Shown here in pieces: positions 10,301 to 16,963 of a stretch of 41,589 nt of DNA. Each line of letters starts with the position of its first letter. Position 1 is the stretch's first letter. Under the pieces are notes generated by a model. It was not told where the DNA came from. It saw only the letters and a program-made list of their open reading frames with translations, and searched no databases. The stretch spans positions 1 to 41,589 of the forward strand of contig JAZQXS010000058.1 of the NCBI GenBank assembly GCA_045633025.1. The letters run 5' to 3'. The translations under genes and the position numbers were made by a program. The stretch is from Eubacteriales bacterium. GTDB taxonomy: Bacteria; Bacillota; Clostridia; Oscillospirales; CAG-272.

Positions 10301-10385
10301 CCGCATCGGAATAGGCGCTCACGTATTTCTTCTTCTTCGGCTCTTCTCTCTTCACACCGCTGTATGCCGATACGTACTTACTCAT
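1305..10385 (-). CDS. Giant 3,026-aa multidomain virion protein; candidate injected internal/ejection 'polyvalent' protein with a zincin metallopeptidase motif
   Basis: Uninterrupted 9,081-nt ORF joined TAAATG to the upstream gene. Gly/Ala-rich hydrophobic N-terminus with duplicated KYVSAYS. HEVAH at aa 686-690 (nt 8316-8330). AT-rich module at aa ~845-1060. Cys-containing central domain (ACGLCYVEDRR ... IPFHTGQ). Coiled coil of ~400 aa rich in K/E/R. Hydrophobic C-terminal segments. Confidence 0.6.
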   Translation of the reverse strand: MSKYVSAYSGVKREEPKKKKYVSAYSDAERNRGGLAEGAGYVAGSLGLGLAGVGEGVLDIAAASRDILRGDTEMAKYRFLDNRTADAQQSLTEWYNPGKGMQLAGDVVSGAGQSVSYGLLSAIPIVGKPLMFASIGSQGVSSAAGRTGDVGLKELGYGATVGAVEGILESKLGAGVNAVKSLGSAALKRTGVNVAKSAAKVGGKSMIASVLVDTAKGAAGEFAEEAISEAVDPALLRLFNVDENAQFNLGNVLYAGVVGALSGGLMTAGPAAINFESARKTGKAIREGGEVEQVLHTAEMLIKGSERAQTKVKETKAAEKADKAASTADKIKGAATGVVGGIKRGRAASAAGEMADKLRRNVAAYRQIMADPTRATSSAADALLGELRGNMYLAQVAYQMETYEAILMDAEPEQKQQIVDVINAEAAKRGAKRSDYTVADLENNVDDILTSTVGRAVLESMMREMAGETAEAQQSPVEAQEDVWAGMPADTDIAALGATGEAEQALLKAAVKESVPRGSVQAMLDEFRKGTDMTPEEFAAAWSDGVHIYGRYGFDVGEESPLSRMRPEAREAAMKFGRETEEAERKAAEEKAKAKKKPAEMAGKKGTVVRGKGLEIKTLSDEQYAAYKAAEVLAEVLGTEIVIEQAITDKKGRTVNGYYDTKTNRLHVNINAMRDGKNISLYTLGHEVAHYIKEWSPAKFEALADFVLEQMGVDAEEAIADKLASLKRLGIVTDTMTVAEANALAREELVAEGMELVLTDGKVLEELAKTDKTLWEKIRDWIFDIIGQIRRSWESLNQASKTAQVLKETVESLEEIERLFTEGVREAGERTRTAEVGEAAQGEERKVFSYIGETKDGRPCYVSGFDKSVDMDERIKVFKERIATIFNLGAVELKTDVKKIRILGDRFTAQKNIYGDQRVEGEEYKAKISSLYDLADILATSTYDPTATNTEDSYANPAIKPKNKAHENVKYWYKFRNEIVFDGVPYTVTFNIRDKGKEQYQYLIEFKENKTPGLSNTAVKGLLRTDRMSYDDSITQPDGFVNTYTENSFDKKDGVMIDPTSGTAMLSVDDIPKTEQEIDDAVNRLVQKLGVDESRARKWVEDEISLATLILRDDMVDYAHRKADRRLTAIVKNSDYKQGTLDFSNICRKRREYTRMMQRIQQAFPNRRFTAEEFATIRKIMVDEGLEVACGLCYVEDRRQNEGYIAETFQRAVEAWRNGNRDTYYDTKNNVESAYNKGQAKAMAMLEGGDYVPTIADLTTVEGMNKLQTEHKDILQAWKAFNNARGMSSARLLTNEAEYQRQILRYRKDQVKRINDLGGLRVFSFSDFEEFHLIDIIQAVQDCAAMGIKIQFYTKVPSFALLMKDTKAKGNLSLIPKGDLGYEMKNGERVLVYDPVEGIDFNNPDFKKVARGNPNIGTILVGINDDHIRTAMEDDFIDYIIPFHTGQTEVVRQIKKIGKWKNYKNEQVEKPLESGSKAKPVNVYTDVIAAAEREGNPIRNERQFVERFLKVCEERGLRPRFSDFLNTNADGKYVYTKGYYKLLLDFKMFDKDGTYLPQEPVIPEFDADLLHELTEKYVAGEKAKTEAESPAFKRALERVEAEVVGDDEGRMYSIDESPENADVSAFDEALRRSGLSDIVEGLDEVAPEAEKRTAEASLFAGGNDDMRRRLIEDHIMLADALMEAAQSQHEYEVAKNYKAKAEELAKLEINLVELRKRTAALNRNIEELQSKAKGYDKENRPEWITKELDGAMAQKTVWLAEMDKIKERISDEKHKLLSLTSTKPFGSLLREAEKKAAAMERSAERTREREKAHITAERERSRKREAKIREKADERVKKARQDAQDYKTAIHKTSMERVYKARRDATEYKNAVYRRAYEKADEKNRYFREKMNRKAEEGRMRKEMTSRKRTIMRVLGSLQTKLYNPTKTNHVPKELHDLAIKIMQTADPKAWDENRKNIREMGDLAAGIEKLERKVDRTEREQERLDAMKSKYEILEAKTMPLKKQAEALYTAYKLYNETLPKDMQIPEGPMAELSKLVDTIEDKPLKEMGLESLRAVETFVKALSHQINSANDLFLQKRGEQVSDWGNAASREAAESKPLKWLSPKSMEIKNARDVREFLWKNMKPLTAFEAIGSPKLMELFQSVLDGEEVWITDVLEAREVIVKAKEQYGYDTWDLKTRREFTNGEGKTVRLTVGEMMSLYAYAKRKQAMGHLRGGGFVLDAGATEITEKSKIRTERVLNLTERYTMTEEDMGKLAGMLTEEQKKYATEIQDYLTSLGEKGNEISRKLYGLDLFKEEHYFPIKVKSEYLESQTGKTGDPKIKNRGMSKETVPDAQNPLVLQDFMTIVSGHVNDMATYHAFVLPVEDLTRVLNYQPSNAIIDEDGNWAEDKERKEYSTLKAVIESKYGAQANAYIEQLIRDLNGGARREAAANLIDKGITAFKRASTMASLSVLVQQPTSVFRAMAYIDPKHFRSLAALDIKGHKEAWEQVKKYAKVAAIKEMGGYDTGVGTRTADYLNSKDYKTWGERAKAFFLPDVYGGDSNYRAEIFGKGAAYADELAWIQMFDACKREQAEKLGKPMDSEEVLEAAGKRFTEAVRRTQVYDSTLTRSEYMRSKDTGMKMATAFMAEPTTVVSMMLDGLIRANRGDKAFLKRTAGAIAASVIFNALAVSLIYAARDDDEEKTYTEKYLATLATETAEGFNPLEYLPYTRDVMSLMKGYDIERTDMALFADLFKSFERITSSTRTPVEKTTEVAGAVGAFFGVPIRNLVRDAMMPVNLVQGAMSGERTTGKGISAAMADEFSLITNLFGADTTNANQLYKAAKSGDEAHYNRVKSRYKSEQAAEMALRTALRENDKRIAEAAEAKISGELEAYESIIDQIESEGRFDRNLIIRAINNEVLDIKDSAEQVTAPVADAADEDEDNPESLYNASDLNDALTRGDREDFEDIYYCLLATKQEQGKTEAQAKAAVKSGITSYWKKQYLAAWDENNTAEMKRILELLEGTELYGGYNDVATMAQRWIQES

Positions 10386-12035
10386 TTACCGACCTCCTCT
10401 GCTGTAATAGCTAAGCAGCTCCTTCATGGATTTTTCCTGATCGCTTGTAAGGCCCAGTTGCTTGCGGTACCAGTCCCAATGAGGCAGTATCGTCGATTGC
10501 ACCAGGCCCGCCACCTTTCCGATGTCCATTATGCCGTTCGGGCTAATAATTCCTCCGATCGCGACGGTGCCAACATCCACGGCCGCCTTTGCCGTTTTCT
10601 GCAGCCACTTCGGCATGTCCTTCTTGTCCAGCCACTGCTCCGCCTTCTCGCCCAGCGTGATTGCTTGCTGGTTTATCAGCTCCGGCGCGTTCAGCTCTCT
10701 GGCCGCCTCAGCCATAAGCGCGTCGTAGGTCTCCTCGCTCATGTAGCCTCTGTCGCGGTAGTTTTGCCATGTGGTCACCATGTCGCATACTTCGGAGGCA
10801 GGACGGTCAATCTCACCCTCTTCAATTGCCTCCTTGACGTTGGCCACGTCACCCAAGAGGATACCCTTGTAGTCTTCCTCGGTGATCGCGCCTTCCTTAC
10901 GGATCACGCCCGCCCGTTCAAGAACCAAAGCTTTTCGCTTTCCGTCATCGTAGGCCGCCCACGTCTCCTGAGGAATATCCAGTGCGCTCCATGCCGACTC
11001 CAGATCCTTTAGTGCATCAGTCACGACGGTTGCCGTCTCTCGGCTTACTTCCGACTGTACTTTCTCCCACGTTCCGGCAGACTTAGCCGCGTTCATCAGA
11101 TCCACCGCACCGCTCATCGTGGGCTTCATCGCGAACTGGTTGACCGCATCCGTAGTAGCCGCCGCGGTCTCGGCTGTCAGCTGATTCATGATCGCATCCA
11201 CGTTGATCTCAGGATTCCCCGCCGCAATCGTGTTGAGCCTTGCACGCAAGGCTTCCTTGTTGGTACCCGTGTACCAGCCCTCATTGGCCGCCTGAATCAT
11301 CAGATTGTAGGTGTCCTCGTTCATGCCGCTGGCTCGTATCGCTGCCTCGGCCTTTTCGACCTCTTCCAACGAGGCGGCATCCGCATACAGCTGCTTCGTG
11401 GCGTTGTACCAGTCAAGAGCCGACCGGTTCTCTGCCTCAAACTCAGACCGCGCCGCCTCATAGAGCGCAAGCTGCTGGTCGTCCAGCTCTCGCATGGCCT
11501 GCCTGCCCGCCTCGTCTGCGGCAAGAGTGGCGTAGGAGGAGCCGTAGCCGCCTGTGGCCGCCTTGGCCTGGGCATAGGCTCTGCCGGAGGCCAGTCGGGC
11601 GTTCTCCTCGGCCTGCTTCTGCACGATGGAGTAGAGAGGGCTGGACTTGGCGTCGTACTTAAATTTGCGGTTCTGCATTTCCAGCAGTCCCTGTAGGGCG
11701 GACTCCATCAGCTGCTTGGTGTAGGCCGTGGTCATCTGGGACTGGGTCAGAGTACCGCCGCCTGCGCTCGCCCCGGTATCGGGATTGGCGATGCCCACGG
11801 TCACGTTTTGCCCGGTGCTTACCGCGGCCGCCCCATTGCTCGCAGGCTTCTGCACCACGTGAGGAGGCTTTACGGCTATTCCCTTGACCGTGGGCACGGC
11901 GGATGAGTTAGTAGGTGTTGCAGCTGCGTTTTGCCCAACGCCCGACGCGCCTCCTCTCGATAGGGGCTGCGCAGCTCTTGCCGCCTTATCCTGCAGGTAG
12001 TCGTCAAGGCGGTACTTCTGTTTACTTCCGTTCAT
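10386..12035 (-). CDS. Internal virion / tail-associated protein (549 aa), function unknown
   Basis: Complete ORF abutting the giant gene. Ala/Gln-rich helical composition. Its position between the nozzle-like gene and the giant gene parallels T7 internal core proteins. Confidence 0.4.
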   Translation of the reverse strand: MNGSKQKYRLDDYLQDKAARAAQPLSRGGASGVGQNAAATPTNSSAVPTVKGIAVKPPHVVQKPASNGAAAVSTGQNVTVGIANPDTGASAGGGTLTQSQMTTAYTKQLMESALQGLLEMQNRKFKYDAKSSPLYSIVQKQAEENARLASGRAYAQAKAATGGYGSSYATLAADEAGRQAMRELDDQQLALYEAARSEFEAENRSALDWYNATKQLYADAASLEEVEKAEAAIRASGMNEDTYNLMIQAANEGWYTGTNKEALRARLNTIAAGNPEINVDAIMNQLTAETAAATTDAVNQFAMKPTMSGAVDLMNAAKSAGTWEKVQSEVSRETATVVTDALKDLESAWSALDIPQETWAAYDDGKRKALVLERAGVIRKEGAITEEDYKGILLGDVANVKEAIEEGEIDRPASEVCDMVTTWQNYRDRGYMSEETYDALMAEAARELNAPELINQQAITLGEKAEQWLDKKDMPKWLQKTAKAAVDVGTVAIGGIISPNGIMDIGKVAGLVQSTILPHWDWYRKQLGLTSDQEKSMKELLSYYSRGGR

Positions 12036-12195
12036 TGTTCTGGATCTCCTTTCTCATCCGCTCGATCTCGCGGTCTTTTTCCTGCAGGGCGCGGTTGATC
12101 TCGTCCACCACGCGATTTACCTGCTCCCGCAGCTTGGCGGTCTGCTCGGCGGGTGTCCCCGTTAGTTGGGGGATCTTTTGTACCAGCTTAGACAT
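12022..12195 (-). CDS. Small coiled-coil protein (57 aa), below the ORF-track size cutoff
   Basis: Own translation: MSKLVQKIPQLTGTPAEQTAKLREQVNRVVDEINRALQEKDREIERMRKEIQNNERK. GGAGG RBS lies 8 nt upstream of ATG 12195. It fills the gap between the 12199 stop and the 12035 start and overlaps the next start by 14 nt. Confidence 0.55.
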   Translation of the reverse strand: MSKLVQKIPQLTGTPAEQTAKLREQVNRVVDEINRALQEKDREIERMRKEIQNNERK

Positions 12196-12198
12196 GTC

Positions 12199-14112
12199 TT
12201 ATACCTCCGCTCCCGCCTGCATGGTCTTGGTGATGGAGTAGACCTTGCAACCGCCTACTCCCTCCAGCCTCAGTCTCATGTGGTCGCACCTCGCAGGGAC
12301 GACGGGCATAGTCACCGTCTTGACGGAGGTCGCTTCCGTTGCGCCAATCTGCTTCCAGTATCCCGAGGAATTGTACTGCACCATGATTCTCATGAAAGTC
12401 CCTGCTTCAAGGCTCATGCGGATCGCGAGCTTGCTGATGTACTTGGCATCGGGGTCGTTCAGCCCGATCAATCCCGTCTCGGCGTACCAGTGGACGGGCT
12501 CAGTCTCTGTCGGGTCATTCGCAGACAGCGGAGTAACCGTGCGGATCTCATGGGTCACAGTCTCCTCTTCGCCTACCTTCTTTCTGAGAACGCGGACGAA
12601 GTACATATTGCCGGAGACGGCTGCCATGCTCTCTACCTCGGTGGCGTCCTCCTTGTGCCAGACGCCCTGCGTGGTGTCCATGGCGTACAGCACCGCTCCC
12701 TGCCCCTTGTAGCCGTAGAGGGACAGGTAGTATTTATCTCCGCACGCGCCGCCTACGGCTCTTGTGTAGCCCGTGAGTTTGCCCAACCGCTCGGATACCG
12801 ACACGGGGGCCGATCCGTCAAAGCCCATGACCGCCGTGGGCCCCTTGTAGTAGAGGGCGTTTCCAACTACAGCCAGGGACTTGTGTGCGCCTCGCGCCAC
12901 GCCCACGCAGGGGGTGTCGTTGACCGCAAAGCCCGACGCGCCGTAGCCGCTGATGCGGAACATGGTATGCTCCTTGAAGAATGTTGGGTATCCTTGGAAG
13001 GTGACAGCTCCCGTAAAGCCTCCGTCCGCGCCTACCGAGAAGGTCACGGGGGAATCGTCATTCGTCACGTCCCCTAGGATCCAACGGTAGAAGTCGCCGC
13101 TTGCGGAGCAGTAGATCTCGTTTACAAAGCGGCCGCTGCCGTCATCGCCGTATCGGCATCCCCACAGGCGGTTGCCCGCCTCGATGAGGTGGTCCATGAC
13201 GGGGATGGGACGCTTGATGGTGACAGGCTTGTCCGACGTTGCATCAGTCTCGACGACCGAATCGGGAATGATGCCCTTGACAATGATCGCCAGCACGGCA
13301 TTTTCCACGTTGGCATAAGTCTCTGTTTTGATCGCCATCTTGACCCCGTCAATAGACGGATGGATCCCGGAGAATCGCAAAGCATCTCCCGCTTGAATCA
13401 TGGATTTCATGGTTATGGGTTGGATCCCCAGCAAGTCTGCCGTGTCTATATGGGCGGTCAACCGCAGATGAGGCTCGATCTCGTACCATTCTCCCCTGTC
13501 TTCGTCGTATCGTCTGAGTTTGGCACCGCTCCCTGTCTCGTGCCACGTATCACCGTTCACAGCCTCTGTCGGCTCGGCGGCCTGGATAAAGGTCGCAGTT
13601 ACGCCCTCATAGTCGCAGACCTCCAGACGGAAACGGTTGCTTTTGTTGACGTACTCGTCCTCGATCTTGCCCACGTCGGTAGGCGCGACCGCTCTCCCAT
13701 CTGCCGTCTCCACAGCATTGACGTAGATCATGTCGGGAAACACGATGATGTACACGCCCATGGCCACCAGCCGCCGCTCGGTGCCGTCGTCGGTCATGCC
13801 GTAGGACGCAAGATCCAGCGTCCAGGAAAGGCCGTAGTGCAGGACGGTTCCGTCCAGCCATACCGCCTGATCCACGCCGAGGCCTCCTGCGCCGCGTACC
13901 GCAATGGCCGCGGGCTTTGTCTGCTTCTCGTGCGAGAACGGGATCCCTCGCTTTGGGCGCACCGAGAGCAGAGGTGCGTCGTCGGACGTCAGGTTTTGCA
14001 TATCAAAAAACTCCCCGTCCGCGATTACGGGTCGGCGATTGAGTCCGCCGAAGGAGGCGGTCATAGTTCGCGTGGACGGGATCGAGTACAGGGGAGATTG
14101 GTAGAGCGACAT
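12199..14112 (-). CDS. Tail hub / nozzle-like structural protein (637 aa), probable beta-propeller
   Basis: Recurrent G/Y/W-rich strand-like repeats (VWLDGTVLHYG, GNALYYKG, GDKYYLSLYG, AVLYAMD, SGNMYFV). Sits immediately after the adaptor-like gene, as T7 gp12 does. Confidence 0.4.
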   Translation of the reverse strand: MSLYQSPLYSIPSTRTMTASFGGLNRRPVIADGEFFDMQNLTSDDAPLLSVRPKRGIPFSHEKQTKPAAIAVRGAGGLGVDQAVWLDGTVLHYGLSWTLDLASYGMTDDGTERRLVAMGVYIIVFPDMIYVNAVETADGRAVAPTDVGKIEDEYVNKSNRFRLEVCDYEGVTATFIQAAEPTEAVNGDTWHETGSGAKLRRYDEDRGEWYEIEPHLRLTAHIDTADLLGIQPITMKSMIQAGDALRFSGIHPSIDGVKMAIKTETYANVENAVLAIIVKGIIPDSVVETDATSDKPVTIKRPIPVMDHLIEAGNRLWGCRYGDDGSGRFVNEIYCSASGDFYRWILGDVTNDDSPVTFSVGADGGFTGAVTFQGYPTFFKEHTMFRISGYGASGFAVNDTPCVGVARGAHKSLAVVGNALYYKGPTAVMGFDGSAPVSVSERLGKLTGYTRAVGGACGDKYYLSLYGYKGQGAVLYAMDTTQGVWHKEDATEVESMAAVSGNMYFVRVLRKKVGEEETVTHEIRTVTPLSANDPTETEPVHWYAETGLIGLNDPDAKYISKLAIRMSLEAGTFMRIMVQYNSSGYWKQIGATEATSVKTVTMPVVPARCDHMRLRLEGVGGCKVYSITKTMQAGAEV

Positions 14113-14132
14113 GGGCTCACCTCCTTATGTGG

Positions 14133-14504
14133 TTAGTAGTAGATCACGGGGGCGTGAGGCAGAGCCTGATGCTCCCGTGCGTATTTCCGGGCAAAGGCGT
14201 CCATCAGCTCGTTGTAGCGCGTCAGGGCGTTAGCCTGTCGGTCGATCTCCTGAAGGGTGTAGCAGATCTCCGACTCCAATCGGTATACATACAGCATATC
14301 GTAAGGAGAAGGCACCAGCAGCGTCTTCTCGCCGTCGTTGTCTGTGTAGGTAGGGAAATCGACAGCCTCAGCGCCCTCGCGTCCCTTGATGATCTCCTCG
14401 TAGACCTGTCTGTCTACAGCCTCCAGATGCATGATTTTGATGTCCGCAGTCATAGAGTTGTCGCGCAGATTGTCGATCCGCGCAATGGCTTGATTGATGG
14501 TCAT
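14133..14504 (-). CDS. Head-tail adaptor/connector-like protein (123 aa)
   Basis: Size and position downstream of the capsid genes. AGGAGG RBS (caaaaggaggtcgcacgatATG). Confidence 0.35.
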   Translation of the reverse strand: MTINQAIARIDNLRDNSMTADIKIMHLEAVDRQVYEEIIKGREGAEAVDFPTYTDNDGEKTLLVPSPYDMLYVYRLESEICYTLQEIDRQANALTRYNELMDAFARKYAREHQALPHAPVIYY

Positions 14505-14533
14505 ATCGTGCGACCTCCTTTTGTATGGTGCAA

Positions 14534-14553
14534 GGGGCGGAAATTTCCGCCCC
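14534..14553 (-). terminator. Perfect 20-nt palindromic hairpin ggggcggaaatttccgcccc between two late genes (no U-tract)
   Basis: Read directly from the sequence. Lies 4 nt after the stop of the 14558 gene. Confidence 0.3.
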
Positions 14554-14557
14554 TCAA

Positions 14558-14833
14558 TTACAGGAAGGAAACGCCTTCCTGAGTCTGCCTTTCGCGCAGC
14601 TCCTGCGCCATTCTTTCGCGCTCGCGGATCTTGCGGCCTGCCATGGCCATGCGGTGCTTGTACGCCTCCGCGAACCGCTCGGGCACCTTGTGCATCTGCC
14701 CTCTCTCCAGCATGATGGTCTCGCCGTTGACGGACACCATCAGGTACTTGTTGGAGGGGTTTTCCATGTCGTAAGGTATGGGGCCGATCTCGACCTTCTT
14801 TTCGGTGTCGATCTTCACTTCATCTTTTTCCAT
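14558..14833 (-). CDS. Small head-associated protein (91 aa), unknown function
   Basis: Complete ORF with GGAGAA RBS, directly downstream of the major capsid gene. Confidence 0.4.
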   Translation of the reverse strand: MEKDEVKIDTEKKVEIGPIPYDMENPSNKYLMVSVNGETIMLERGQMHKVPERFAEAYKHRMAMAGRKIRERERMAQELRERQTQEGVSFL

Positions 14834-14851
14834 TTTTATTCTCCTTTCATA

Positions 14852-14877
14852 GCGGGGGAGATTTTGTTCTCCCCCGC
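14852..14877 (-). terminator. Stem-loop gcgggggag-N8-ctcccccgc just after the major capsid stop (partial terminator / mRNA stabiliser)
   Basis: 9-bp GC stem located 12 nt after stop 14890-14892. Confidence 0.4.
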
Positions 14878-14889
14878 GTTGTCATCTCA

Positions 14890-15966
14890 TTACCACGAGG
14901 CGGTGTTGAGATCGGTTGCGGCGATGGAACCGGAATTGAAAGAACCGGTCATCACCTCGATAACGGCCAAAGGATCCTTGACTTTGGCGCCATAGGCCAT
15001 CTTCCAGCCCACGGTAGCTCTCTGATCCAGAGGATCGGCAGTGCCGCCGGAGCCCAGACCCTTACCGATGGTCTTGATGCCTCCCTCGGCCAGCTTGATC
15101 TGGTCAACGGCGTCTGCGCCCATCATAATGGCGTGGTATACGCCTGCAGAGGACGCGCCGTCCTTAGTGACCAGAACCGTGGAGGTCTCCACGAAACGGC
15201 ATCCGGAGATGCGGCCGATCTCACCGGTCTGCAGAGGAGTGGGATCTGCGTACTGGTGCATAGCCTTGTACTCCTCGTCGTTGGTCAGATCATACCACTG
15301 GTCGGGATGAATGAACATGACGTAGTCGCCGCCGACGGCAGGGCGAATGTTGTTGCGCTTCATGGTGGCAACCAGCTTCTTGACAACGGCCACGGTCAGC
15401 TTGTGGTTAGCGGTAATGGCCGATGCGGCCGTGGCGGCAGTTCCCCCGCTCTCACCGTAGGCAGTAGCCACCTCGGGGTCGGCCAGGATGTCGTCGCGGA
15501 GCAGGGCGTTCTTGATCTCGGCGGACTGGTAAGCCTGTGCCTCGCGGGCAACGCCCATAAGATCGTAGATGGAGGTGCCCAGAGCCACGTCGGTGAACAT
15601 GACGTAGTCACCATGCTGCTCCACCTGACCGGTAACGAAGCTCAGGGAGATCTTGCTGGGATCGGGGGTCTTGCCCTCGGTCAGCTTGGTGTTCTTGACA
15701 GCGATGCGCACCTTCTTGGGGAAGCGTGCAGTACTGCCGCTGTGGGCGGGAATATTGGTAGAGCCGACGTACTGGTCGAACACCAGCGCTGCCTTGTGGA
15801 TCTCCACGAACTTGGCGTCGTTGGCCTTCTGAAACGCGCCGCTGATACCATCGCTGCCGGTGGTCATCATGTTGGTAGCCGCGTTCTCGGGAACGACGGT
15901 AGCCGCGAACAGCTGCAGGTCAATGGTGATAGCCTCGATAGTGAGGCCGTTGAACTTGGTTTTCAT
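14890..15966 (-). CDS. Major capsid protein with a short N-terminal propeptide ending LQLFA
   Basis: Position after the scaffold and a ~358-aa size. The GGAGAA RBS favours the ATG at 15966 over 15978. N-terminus MKTKFNGLTIEAITIDLQLFA|ATVV carries a Prp/L27-type cleavage motif. Confidence 0.75.
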   Translation of the reverse strand: MKTKFNGLTIEAITIDLQLFAATVVPENAATNMMTTGSDGISGAFQKANDAKFVEIHKAALVFDQYVGSTNIPAHSGSTARFPKKVRIAVKNTKLTEGKTPDPSKISLSFVTGQVEQHGDYVMFTDVALGTSIYDLMGVAREAQAYQSAEIKNALLRDDILADPEVATAYGESGGTAATAASAITANHKLTVAVVKKLVATMKRNNIRPAVGGDYVMFIHPDQWYDLTNDEEYKAMHQYADPTPLQTGEIGRISGCRFVETSTVLVTKDGASSAGVYHAIMMGADAVDQIKLAEGGIKTIGKGLGSGGTADPLDQRATVGWKMAYGAKVKDPLAVIEVMTGSFNSGSIAATDLNTASW

Positions 15967-16014
15967 ATTTTTCTCCATTCTGCGGAGGGTGTTTGTGTTT
16001 TGTTTTCTTGGATT

Positions 16015-16884
16015 TTAGTGCGTCATAAAGGATTCGAGGAAGTCGTCCAGAGCCTTTCCTGTCAGCTTGGAAGGATCCACGGATGCGTTCCCCGTGTAGC
16101 CCGCCGCCCCCTCTCGCGGTCTTCCTTCGTTGGCCTCGCGCTCGGCCAGAGCCGCAGCTCTCGCCTCCTGCTTGGCAACCTCGACGGCCGCCGCGTGAAG
16201 CTCCCTGCCGAAGGCCATCTCGTATGCCTCCCGCATAGAGAAATTTCCGGTGTCGTACAGCGCCTTGAATGCGGGATTCTTCTGTGCCTTTGCCATGTCA
16301 AAGTCGGGATAGGCCTCTTTGACCTCCTGCTCCTGCGCTTGCGCACGCGCAAAAGCATCCGCCCTAACCTGTTGCGCCGCTCTCGCTCTGCTCAAAGCCT
16401 CGTTTGCATCCGCCGCGACGAGGCTTTTCGCCACGTCCTCCGTCACGCCCATCTCTTTTGCTTTTGCTCTTACGTGAGCAGGATCATTGAGGATGGCCTT
16501 GGCAAAGGCCTCGGGGTCGTCTACGGATACGCCGTACCGCTCGGCCACGGCCTCTAAATGGGACGCGAGGGCATCGTACTTGCCCGCCTTGTCCACAGAG
16601 CCTTGGTAGCGCTTGGCGGCCGCCTGGTGGTGCATGAGGCCGTGCTTCTTGAGGAAAGCGTTGCGGCTCTCGGTGTCCATCTGCTCGAAGAAATCCTGTT
16701 CGGCGGTACTACCGCCCGTTCTTGTGGTGGTATCGGTACCGGTGCCGCCCGCAGGCGCTCCCATGTCACCGCTCCCGGACGAGTCGCCGCCTGTGCCGCC
16801 CTCGCCGCCTCCCTCCGCGAAGAACTGGAGAGACAGTCTCAGCAGCTTGCCGTCCTGCCACGTGGTGTTATTGTCGAGTCGCAT
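16015..16884 (-). CDS. Scaffolding protein with N-terminal propeptide ending LQFFA
   Basis: AAAGGAGG RBS lies 9 nt before ATG 16884; the track ORF start at 17028 would overlap the Prp gene. N-terminus is MRLDNNTTWQDGKLLRLSLQFFA|EGGGEGG. Gly-rich linker, then Ala/Glu/Lys helical protein. Confidence 0.7.
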   Translation of the reverse strand: MRLDNNTTWQDGKLLRLSLQFFAEGGGEGGTGGDSSGSGDMGAPAGGTGTDTTTRTGGSTAEQDFFEQMDTESRNAFLKKHGLMHHQAAAKRYQGSVDKAGKYDALASHLEAVAERYGVSVDDPEAFAKAILNDPAHVRAKAKEMGVTEDVAKSLVAADANEALSRARAAQQVRADAFARAQAQEQEVKEAYPDFDMAKAQKNPAFKALYDTGNFSMREAYEMAFGRELHAAAVEVAKQEARAAALAEREANEGRPREGAAGYTGNASVDPSKLTGKALDDFLESFMTH

Positions 16885-16963
16885 ATATCTGCGCCTCCTT
16901 TCCCCTCGTTTCGTGAGGTCTCCGTAAGTGTATATAGTAGCCCTTGTCGCGGGCAAGTCGTCT

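Noticed and set aside
1305-10385. Giant ORF as a virion-packaged RNA polymerase (N4/crAss-like)
   Set aside because: I could not find DxDGD/DFDID-type or T7-like polymerase motifs by eye. The early and cassette promoters are consensus host sigma-A type, so an injected RNAP is not required. A profile search is still needed to exclude it formally.
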